DNA of 44,135 bases from Pseudomonadota bacterium (lineage in GTDB: Bacteria > Actinomycetota > Actinomycetes > Actinomycetales > Cellulomonadaceae), in assembly GCA_021833345.1 (NCBI GenBank), contig JAKBFW010000001.1:1-44135 (forward strand), given 5' to 3'. The position numbers and the translations under genes are program-made. Shown here piece after piece: positions 9,529 through 18,500 of this stretch; the stretch's first letter is position 1; each line of letters begins with the position of its first letter. The notes beneath the pieces are model-generated. The model made no database searches. It saw only the letters and a program-made list of their open reading frames with translations, and was not told the origin of the DNA.

Positions 9529-10469
9529 GCACTGCCCGCACGACACCGCCCGAGTCCTTCCGTGCGGGCTTCGCGTGCCTCGTCGGCCGTCCCAACGCGG
9601 GCAAGTCCACCCTCACGAACGCGCTCGTCGGCCAGAAGGTCGCGATCACGTCGGGGCGACCCCAGACCACGCGGCACACGATCCGTGGGATCGTCCACCG
9701 GGACGACGCCCAGCTGATCCTCGTGGACACGCCCGGCCTGCACCGGCCGCGGACGCTGCTCGGCGAGCGCCTGAACGACCTGGTGCGGGACACCCTGACG
9801 GAGGTCGACGTCGTCGGCTTCTGCCTGCCCGCGGACCAGAAGGTCGGTCCCGGCGACCGGTACATCGCGGCGCAGCTCACCGAGCTCGCGAGCGGCCACG
9901 ACGGCACCCCGGTCGTCGCGATCGCGACCAAGGCGGACCTGGTGACGCGTGGTCGGCTCACCGAGCACCTGCTCGCGATCGCCGCGCTCGGCGAGTGGGC
10001 CGACATCGTCCCCGTCTCGGCGGTCGACGGCTACCAGGTGGACGTGCTCGCCGACGTGCTGGTCGAGCACCTGCCGGTCAACCCACCGCTGTACCCGGAC
10101 GGCGAGCTGACCGACGAGCCCGAGGCCGTGATGGTCGCCGAGCTGGTGCGCGAGGCGGCGCTCGAGGGAGTCCGTGACGAGCTCCCGCACTCGCTCGCCG
10201 TCGTCGTCGAGGAGATCGTGCCGCGCGAGGACGGGACGGACGACGGCCGACCGCCGATGCTCGACGTCCGCGTGAACCTCTACGTCGAGCGGGACAGCCA
10301 GAAGGCGATCGTGATCGGTCGTGGCGGCGCACGCCTCAAGGAGGTCGGCAGCCAGGCACGTCGGGGGATCGAGGCGCTCCTCGGCGCGCGCGTGTTCCTC
10401 GACCTGCACGTCAAGGTCGCGAAGGACTGGCAGCGGGACCCGAAGCAGCTCGGCCGGATGGGCTTCTGA
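9525..10469 (+). CDS. era: GTPase Era
   Basis: GRPNAGKS, PQTTR, DTPG, TKAD, and a KH domain with VIGRGG. Confidence 0.97.
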   Translation: MSTARTTPPESFRAGFACLVGRPNAGKSTLTNALVGQKVAITSGRPQTTRHTIRGIVHRDDAQLILVDTPGLHRPRTLLGERLNDLVRDTLTEVDVVGFCLPADQKVGPGDRYIAAQLTELASGHDGTPVVAIATKADLVTRGRLTEHLLAIAALGEWADIVPVSAVDGYQVDVLADVLVEHLPVNPPLYPDGELTDEPEAVMVAELVREAALEGVRDELPHSLAVVVEEIVPREDGTDDGRPPMLDVRVNLYVERDSQKAIVIGRGGARLKEVGSQARRGIEALLGARVFLDLHVKVAKDWQRDPKQLGRMGF

Positions 10470-10501
10470 GCGCGCTGACGGCGAGCACGTAGGATCGCGA
10501 G

Positions 10502-12028
10502 GTGCCGTACCGGATCATCACCCGTACCGTGGTCGGGCTGCTGATCCTGGCGATCTTCGGAGCGGTGACCGGTCCGCAGTGGGATCCGGTCCCCCTCACG
10601 GATCCGCTCCAGGTCCAGTCCACCGACACCGCGATCGGCCAGGCCCCGGCGGAGCAGCACTACCAGGTGCGCACCCGGATCGTCACCGTCCAGCTGGACG
10701 GCGGGACCGTCCAGGCGCAGATCAGCGAGCCGATCGGGGCTCCGGGCAGGCGCCCCGGCGTGGTGTTCGTGCACGGCGCCGGGACGGGAAAGTTCACGGT
10801 CGCGTTCCTGGCGCAGGCGCACGCGCTCGCCGCGGCCGGGATCGTCGCGATGGTGCCGAACAAGCGGCTCGAGAACTACACGACCCGGTACCGGAACTAC
10901 GTCTCGATGGCGGGTGACTACCTCAGGTCGGTCGACCTGCTGCGGACCCAGCCGGACGTGGACCCGACGGAGGTCGGGGTGTACGGCGAGAGCGAGGGCG
11001 GCTGGATCACCCCGGTGATGGCCACCGAAGACCCCGGGCTCGCGTTCGTCGTCCTCGTCTCGGCCCCGATCGTCCCGCCGCGCCAGCAGGCGGCGTTCGC
11101 GACGGACAACTACCTGCGCCGCACCGGGGTCCCGAGCGGGGTCTTCCGGGCGATCCCCCGCGCGGTCGGGATCACCCCGCCCGGGGGCGGTTTCGACTAC
11201 GTCGACTTCGACGTCGCGCCGTACCTGCGGGCGATGCGCCAGCCGGTCCTGGTCGTGTACGGCACGGCGGATGCCTCGATGCCGATCGTGCAGGGGGCGC
11301 AGAAGGTCATCGAGGACACGGCGATCGCCGGCAACGAGGACTACACGGTCCGGTACTACGCCGGCGCCAACCACGGGCTGCGCGTCGACGGGGCGGTGTC
11401 GCCCGTCTTCCTGCGTGACCTCACGGACTGGGTCAGCGGGCTGCCGACCACCGCGGCCGCCTGGCCCCGGATCGCGGGAGCCCAGCCCGTCCAGATCTAT
11501 GAGGCGGGTCCCGTCCCGGTCCCGCGCTGGCTGAGCGACGGCGACGTGATCGTCGGCATGGTCGTCGGCTCCGTCGCACTGATCCTTCTGGGCGCGACCC
11601 TCGAGCTCGTGGGCGCCACGACGCTCCGGGCTGCGAACAGCAAGCGGCGTCGGCGCGGGCGCCCGGCGCTGAGGTCGCGGCGCCTCGCTCCCGGGATCGC
11701 GGCGCCGCTCGCCGCGGTCGGCATCGGCACCGTGGCCGCGGTGGTCGCGCTCGTGTGGTACCTCGTGACCGTCGCGAAGCTCGCGGTGAGCTATGAGCAG
11801 GACGCGTGGGTCGTGACCGGTGGCTGGATCGCGGAGCGGGTGCTCGGCATGGCCGTCGTCGTCGCCGTCGTCGTGCTTCTCGACCGGATGCAGACCGTGC
11901 GCCGGGTCCCGGGTGCGCGTCTCGCGCGGGGTACCCTCGCATCGCTGGTGCTGTGGCTGCCGCTCACGGGCGCAGCGGTCCTCCTCGGCGTGCTGGCGTA
12001 CTGGGGCATCTACCAGCTCGGCATCTAG
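10502..12028 (+). CDS. Membrane-bound alpha/beta hydrolase (S9/S15-like)
   Basis: N-terminal TM or signal, FVHGAG, nucleophile elbow GESEG, Asp in GTADAS, His in GANHGL, about four C-terminal TM segments. Confidence 0.85.
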   Translation: MPYRIITRTVVGLLILAIFGAVTGPQWDPVPLTDPLQVQSTDTAIGQAPAEQHYQVRTRIVTVQLDGGTVQAQISEPIGAPGRRPGVVFVHGAGTGKFTVAFLAQAHALAAAGIVAMVPNKRLENYTTRYRNYVSMAGDYLRSVDLLRTQPDVDPTEVGVYGESEGGWITPVMATEDPGLAFVVLVSAPIVPPRQQAAFATDNYLRRTGVPSGVFRAIPRAVGITPPGGGFDYVDFDVAPYLRAMRQPVLVVYGTADASMPIVQGAQKVIEDTAIAGNEDYTVRYYAGANHGLRVDGAVSPVFLRDLTDWVSGLPTTAAAWPRIAGAQPVQIYEAGPVPVPRWLSDGDVIVGMVVGSVALILLGATLELVGATTLRAANSKRRRRGRPALRSRRLAPGIAAPLAAVGIGTVAAVVALVWYLVTVAKLAVSYEQDAWVVTGGWIAERVLGMAVVVAVVVLLDRMQTVRRVPGARLARGTLASLVLWLPLTGAAVLLGVLAYWGIYQLGI

Positions 12029-12114
12029 CCGCGTCGGTGCAGGTGCCGGCGACGGTGGCGGAGACCAGCACCGTGCCGTTGCCGGGAGGACGTCCAGACC
12101 GTGGGAGGAACAGC

Positions 12115-12951
12115 GTGCGGACGACATGGGGGTCGGCCACCGACCGTGGACTGACGCGCGCCGCCAACGAGGACGCCCTGCTCGCGCACCCACCGGTGTT
12201 CCTCGTCGCGGACGGCATGGGCGGCGTGGCGGGCGGCGCCGAGGCGAGCCGGGTGGCCGTCGAGGAGTTCGCGCGCCTCGCGGGCCAGGCCACGACCACC
12301 GCCGACGAGATCCACGCCTGCTTCCGTCGCACCGGTGAGCGCCTCGCCGTGGAGCTCGCCGGCACGCGCGCCGGCACGACGGTCGCGGGTGTCGCGGTCG
12401 CATCCGTCGGTCCGAGCGCGTACTGGCTCGTGTTCAACATCGGCGACTCGCGCGTGTACCGCTGGGCGAACGGCGTGCTCGATCAGATCACGGTCGACCA
12501 CTCGGTGGTGCAGGAGCTCGTCGACCGGGGTGAGCTCGCCACCGACCTGGTGGCGTCCCACCCCGACCGCCATGTGATCACCCGCGTGCTCGGCACGTCC
12601 GGGGCGCCCGAGCCCGACTACTGGATGATCCCTGCCGGCGCGCGCGACAGGCTGCTGATCTGCACCGACGGTCTGTCCCGTGAGCTCCGCGCGGACGTCG
12701 TCGCCGTCGGGCTCCGGGAGAACGCCTCACCGCAGGACGCGGCGACCTGGCTCGTGAGCCGCGCGATCGCAGCAGGTGGTCGAGACAATGTGACCGTCGT
12801 GGTCGTGGACGCGGCCTCAGATGCCGATGACACGGGTGGGCCCGATCCGTCGCAGCGCGCGAGCGTGGTGCCACCTCCCGCTGGGACGTCGGGGGAGGGT
12901 GCCGCGACCAGCGGTCCCGGTGACACGAACGAGGAAGAGGCCGATCGATGA
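12115..12951 (+). CDS. PP2C/PPM family Ser/Thr protein phosphatase
   Basis: GGGAGG SD then GTG 12115. RAANEDA, VADGMGG, NIGDSR, DHS, CTDGL and RDNVT motifs. Confidence 0.93.
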   Translation: MRTTWGSATDRGLTRAANEDALLAHPPVFLVADGMGGVAGGAEASRVAVEEFARLAGQATTTADEIHACFRRTGERLAVELAGTRAGTTVAGVAVASVGPSAYWLVFNIGDSRVYRWANGVLDQITVDHSVVQELVDRGELATDLVASHPDRHVITRVLGTSGAPEPDYWMIPAGARDRLLICTDGLSRELRADVVAVGLRENASPQDAATWLVSRAIAAGGRDNVTVVVVDAASDADDTGGPDPSQRASVVPPPAGTSGEGAATSGPGDTNEEEADR

Positions 12952-13943
12952 TCATCCCCGAGTACACGCAGGGCGACTGGTACGCGATCGTCGCGGAAGG
13001 TCTCGTCGTGATGCTCGACCCGACGGCATCGGCCGCGATCGTCCGCGAGTCGTGGGTGAACCTCCGCGACGGCGGGGGCCTGGACGGGCAGGTGGCGCTC
13101 CTCGCGCACGTGCGCGCCGACGACCTTCCGGGGCTGGCGATCGTCGACGTCGCCGGGGGGCGCGTCCGAGCGGTCGTCCGCGGCGCGGTCGAGGTCGAGG
13201 TGATCGCGCACGGCGTGCCGTCGCTCCTGGGCGGGCACACCTCAGGGTCGCTCAGCGAGCAGGTCGTCGAGGACGCCGAGCTCGTGCTGGTCCGCGCGCT
13301 GCCGACCGCGCATGTCGATCGGCGCCGGAAGTCCGCGGTGCACCTGCCGGTGCTCGCGGCGGTCGTCTCGGCGGACGCCGTGCGGATCCAGCTCCGCACC
13401 GCCGCGAGCAGCAGCCAGGTCGACGAGATGACCATCGAGCGCCCGCGGGTCGCACCGCCCGTCGGGGATCCCGCGCTCATGGGCGCTGGGCGACGCAGCC
13501 CGAGCGGCGAGCGGTCGGGCGGGCGCCGTGCCGCGGACGCGGAGCCGCGGGCGTGGGCGGGCGACCGGACGTCAGGCGAGGGGGCCCGGTCGTCCCAGAC
13601 CGGCGCACCGGCCCGGCTGCGACTCTCGACCGGGCTCGTCGTGTCCCTCGACCGTGCCGTGCTGCTGGGCCGTGCACCGCAGGTCTCACGCGTCACCAAC
13701 GCCGGGCTTCCGCGACTCGTGACCGTGGCGAGCCCGGAGCAGGACATCTCCCGGACGCACGCCGAGGTGCGGGTCGAGGCCGACGCCGTCCTCGTCACCG
13801 ACCTGCACTCGACCAACGGCGTGCTCCTCACCCCGTACGGCGAACCCGCGCGGCGGCTGCACCCGGGTGAACCGACCGTGCTGCGGCCCGGTGGCGTCAT
13901 CGACCTCGGAGAAGGGGTGACCTTCACCGTGGAGCGCGGATGA
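12948..13943 (+). CDS. FHA domain protein with an unassigned N-terminal domain
   Basis: C-terminal LLGRAP...ISRTH...DLHSTNG. ATGA coupled to the phosphatase. Confidence 0.9.
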   Translation: MIIPEYTQGDWYAIVAEGLVVMLDPTASAAIVRESWVNLRDGGGLDGQVALLAHVRADDLPGLAIVDVAGGRVRAVVRGAVEVEVIAHGVPSLLGGHTSGSLSEQVVEDAELVLVRALPTAHVDRRRKSAVHLPVLAAVVSADAVRIQLRTAASSSQVDEMTIERPRVAPPVGDPALMGAGRRSPSGERSGGRRAADAEPRAWAGDRTSGEGARSSQTGAPARLRLSTGLVVSLDRAVLLGRAPQVSRVTNAGLPRLVTVASPEQDISRTHAEVRVEADAVLVTDLHSTNGVLLTPYGEPARRLHPGEPTVLRPGGVIDLGEGVTFTVERG

Positions 13944-15553
13944 TGAGTGCGTCTCGGGAGGCGCAGGACCCTCCGGTGATCCCCGGGCACGAGTACCTCC
14001 GGGTCCTCGGTCTCGGCGGTTTCGCCGACGTCTTCCTGTACCAGCAGCTGCTGCCACGTCGACGCGTGGCGGTCAAGGTGCTGCTGTCCAGCTCCCTCGA
14101 CGCGGAGTCGCGGCGGCGGTTCCAGGCTGAGGCCGACACCATGGCCCGGCTCTCGCACCACCCGTCGATCGTGACGATCCACCACGCGGGCATCGCGTCG
14201 GACGGTCGTCCGTACCTGGTGATGGAGTACTGCTCGCGTCCCGGTCTGGGCGCGCGCTACCGCTCCGAGCGGATCGCCGTCGCGGAAGCGCTGCGGATCG
14301 GCGTCCGGCTCGCGGCTGCCGTCGAGACCGCCCACCGTGCCGGGATCCTGCATCGTGACATCAAGCCCGCCAACGTCCTGACGACCGACTTCGGCTGGCC
14401 GGCCCTGACGGACTTCGGCATCGCCGAGACGATCGGACGCGCCGACGCGGCGTCGATCGGCATGTCGGTTCCGTGGTCGCCCCCCGAGCTGCTCGCCGAC
14501 GAGCCGACGGGAGACGCGCGCGCCGACGTCTACTCGCTCGCCGCGACGGTCTACTCGCTGCTGGCGCGCCGGTCCCCGTTCGAGGTGCCCGACGGTCCGA
14601 ACTCGACCCCCGAGCTCATCGCCCGGATCGAGCGCGCCCCGCTGCCGTCGACCGGCCGCGGGGACGTCCCCGACTCGTTGCAGCGCGTGCTCGCCCGCGC
14701 GATGAACAAGGACCCCGCCAAGCGCTTCCCCTCCGCGTTGGCGGTCGCGCGGGCGTTCGTCGACATCGAGGCCGAGCTGCACCTGCCGCAGACGGCGATC
14801 GACATCGAGGAGGAGGCCGCACCGCCCGCTGCGACCGTCTCGGACGTCCTGCCGCCGCACGGGATCCGCGAGGCGGACCAATCGACCCGAGTGCGACCGA
14901 TCAAGCGCATCGACGAGGCGGACGAGCAGACCCGACCGCAGCCGGTCGACCGGGTCGAGGTCCACCTCCGCACCGATGCCGGGCAGGGGGACGGCACCAC
15001 GGCTCTCGGCGCGACCGGGACCGATGACCTCGGGTCCGCGCCCTCGCGCCGCACCGGTCGGCAGGCCGCCGCCGCGACGTCCTCCGACAGCGCGACCCAC
15101 CGCGCCCCCCGACGCCTCCTCCCGCGTACGGTGACCGGCATCGCCGCGGGCCTGGTCGTCGCCGGCGCGCTCGTGGCCATCGCCATCGCGGTCGCCGGGG
15201 CGGAGAACGCACCGGCACGTCCGGTCGGGTCCGGGGACGCCGCCACGTCGATCGTCCTCACCGAGGTCCCGAGCCCGACGCAGCTGGTCGGCAGTCGTTC
15301 GGCGGACGGTTCGGTGACCTTCACCTGGACCAACCCGTCGCCCGAGACCGATGACCACTACCTCTGGGGCCTGCGGACCGCTGCGGCCGAGCCGGTGCTC
15401 GCGATCGTGGCCGCACCGACCGTCACGGTCCCGGTCGCGGCTCAGCAGGGCCCGACACCCGGCACCCCCGCGGCGGAAGTGTGCATCGAGGTGTCGATCG
15501 TGCGCTCGGACGGCCGCGCCTCGGCGGCGCCCGTCGTGGGATGCGTCAGATGA
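13940..15553 (+). CDS. Hanks-type Ser/Thr protein kinase with single TM and extracellular FN3-like domain
   Basis: LGLGGFADV, AVKV, HRDIKPAN, DFG and DVYSL motifs. TM near 15130-15195, then PSPTQL...VTFTWTNP. Confidence 0.95.
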   Translation: MMSASREAQDPPVIPGHEYLRVLGLGGFADVFLYQQLLPRRRVAVKVLLSSSLDAESRRRFQAEADTMARLSHHPSIVTIHHAGIASDGRPYLVMEYCSRPGLGARYRSERIAVAEALRIGVRLAAAVETAHRAGILHRDIKPANVLTTDFGWPALTDFGIAETIGRADAASIGMSVPWSPPELLADEPTGDARADVYSLAATVYSLLARRSPFEVPDGPNSTPELIARIERAPLPSTGRGDVPDSLQRVLARAMNKDPAKRFPSALAVARAFVDIEAELHLPQTAIDIEEEAAPPAATVSDVLPPHGIREADQSTRVRPIKRIDEADEQTRPQPVDRVEVHLRTDAGQGDGTTALGATGTDDLGSAPSRRTGRQAAAATSSDSATHRAPRRLLPRTVTGIAAGLVVAGALVAIAIAVAGAENAPARPVGSGDAATSIVLTEVPSPTQLVGSRSADGSVTFTWTNPSPETDDHYLWGLRTAAAEPVLAIVAAPTVTVPVAAQQGPTPGTPAAEVCIEVSIVRSDGRASAAPVVGCVR

Positions 15554-18500
15554 GTCGTGCCGCCGAGGCGCGTGAGCTCTGGGCGCGCGCATCGCGCCGG
15601 TTCGCGGCGGCCCGACCCGGCTGGAGCGGGCGCCGTTGGACGTCTGCCGCCGCCGTGGTCGTGGCGCCGGTCGTGCTGGCCGTCCTCGTCGTCGTCTACC
15701 CGGGGTCGCCGGTCTCGCGCCTCGACCTGAACGACGGCGGTGTGTGGCTGACCAACGCGACCGCCCTGAAGCTCGGCCGACTGAACTCGCAGATCGACGA
15801 GCTCAACGGCGGCGTGGTGACCACGACGCCGACGTTCGACGTTCTCCAGGACGCCCAGGACGTCCTCCTCTCGCAGAACGGCACGGTCGCTCGGGTCGAC
15901 CCGGCAACCGTGACCCTGGGGCCTGCGACGCCGGTAGGGGCGACCACCGTCCTGACCATGTCGGCGGGGACCGTCGTGGCGGTCGACCCGGCGGACGGCG
16001 CGACGCGCATCGCAGGCATCGACTCTCTCGACCGGCTCGGGCCCGGGCGTGCACCAGATCTGACCCTCGGTGCTGGAGGCCGGGCGGTCGCGGCCGTGGG
16101 CGGCGTCGTCCTGGCCGTCAGGGCGTCCGACGGGCGCGTGCAGCGCGTCGTGCGGTCCGGGGATGCCGTGACGGGTGACGTCGACGGCACCCTCGGTGAC
16201 GGTTCGGCCGTGCAGCTCGACTCCCTCACCGCGGTCGGCGACGTACCGGTCGGGCTCGGTGCGCAGTCGCTGCTCCTGCCCGGTCGATCGGTCGACCTGT
16301 CCGCGCTCGGCACCGGCCTGGTCCTGCAGCAGCCGGGGCCCGGGTCCGACTCGGTGCTCGTCGCGGGACGGACCGCGCTGGCGTCGGTGCGCCTCGACAC
16401 CGGCACGGTGACGCGGTACGACACCCACGGGTCCGGCACGCCGGCAGCACCGGTCGTGGTGGACGGGTGTGCCTTCGCGGCGTGGGCGTCGGGCGCGTCC
16501 AACTACCTCAGGCTCTGCCCGGGTCGGAGCCCACAGGTCGCGACGCTCGAGGGTCTGGCCTCGGACGCGACCGTGGTGTTCCGCGTCAACAGGTCGGTCG
16601 TCGCGCTCAACGACACCCTGCGTGGTCGGCTGTGGTTGCCGCTCCAGGACGTCAGCGCGCGCGAGCCGAACTGGCAGGACATCGTGCCCGAGAGCGCCCC
16701 CGCGCTCAGCAGCGCGCCGGCCGACGGGACCCGGAGCCAGCAGACCCTCGCGACCGAGTGCACGCCGCGGTCCGCACCGCCGACGGCTCGTGATGACGTG
16801 TTCGGGGTGCGGCCCGGGCGCACCGCGATCCTCCCCGTGATCGACAACGACTCGTCCTCGGACTGCGGGATCCTCGCGATCTCGGAGTTCGACCCGATAC
16901 CGGCGTCGTTCGGGACCCTCGAGCCGGTGTACGGCGGGCGCGCGCTGCAGATCTCGGTGGCGGACGGAGCGACCGGCACCGTCCGGTTCACGTACACGAT
17001 CACCGACGGACGCGGATCGAACGCGCCCTCGACCGCCACCGTCGAGCTCACGGTGCACGGAGCCGGTATCAACGCGGCGCCGGTCCAGGTTCGCACCGGT
17101 ACGCTCGCGGTCGACCAGGGCGGTCAGGGGACCTATGCGGCGCTCGGCGACTTCAGCGACCCGGACGGCGACGACCTGCTGCTCCTCAGCGCGTCGGCCA
17201 CCACCGGGACCGTCCGGTTCCGCCAGGACGGAACGGTGACCTACCTCGCGACGGGCGCGTCCCTCGGGCGCACGCAGGTCACCCTGGTCGTCTCGGACGG
17301 GACCGTGACGGTGACCGGGTACCTCAACGTCGACGTCCGTGCCGCCGGATCTGTCGCGCCCGTGATCGACCCGGTGCTCGCGGTGACCTACGTCGACGCG
17401 CCGGTCACGCTCCATCCGCTGGACTCCGTTCGGTCGACCTCGCGGGAGCCTGCGCACCTCGCTGGCGTCAACGACGTCCCCGGTGCCACCATCACCTCCG
17501 ACCTCACGGCAGGCACGTTCACGTTCAGCGCGGCCCGCCCCGGCACGTACTACGTCTCGTTCCTGGTGACGGCGTCCCCGCAGCAGGCGACGGGGCTCGC
17601 CCGGATCGACGTCCGCGAGTGGCCGGCGAAGCCGGACCCTCCCATCGCGGTCCGCGACCTCGCTCTCCTGCCGCCCGGTGGCGAGGTGACCGTGAACCCC
17701 CTGGCCAACGACGTCGACCCGAGCGGCGGGGTCCTGGTGCTGCAGTCGGTCGTCGTCCCCGACGGGTCCGGTCTGCGGGTCGCCGTGATCGGGCACCAGC
17801 TGCTGGAGATCTCCTCGGATCGGGTCCTGGACGGTCCCGTCCGGGTGGGCTACGTCGTGTCCAACGGGGTCGCGACCGCGACGAGCGAGGTCGTCGTCCA
17901 ACCGGTGCCCGCATCCGCCGCGCAGCAGGCACCGGTGGTCGAGAACATCACGGTGGCGGTGCGCACCGGTGGCGTCGTGACCATCCCGGTGCTGGACCAC
18001 GCCGAGGACCCCGACGGTGACCGCCTCACGGTCGTCCGTGAGCTCGCGGAGCCCCTGGGTCCTGACCAGGGGCTGCTCTTCGTGACCGGGGACGTGCTCC
18101 GCTACCAGGCCACCGACAAGCCGATGACCGTCCATGCGACCTTCGGTGTGCAGGACACCGCCGGGAACGTCACGTCGGCGCAGCTCACGGTCGACGTCCA
18201 CGCGTCCGACGCGACCACCAAGTCTCCGCCGCGGCCGCAGGACGTCACGGCCCGCGTGTTCCAGGGCGAGAACATCCGGATCCCGATCCCGCTCGTGGGC
18301 ATCGACCCCGACGGCGACGGCGTCGTGCTCCTCGGGGAGGACAAGGCGCCGTTGAAGGGTCGCATCACGGCCGTCGGCGCGGACTGGATCGAGTACGAGG
18401 CGCTGCCGGGCGAGGTCGGGACCGACAGCTTCACGTACGCCGTCGAGGACTGGGTGGGTCAGCGGGCGATCGGCACGATCCGGGTCGGCATCAGCCCCCG

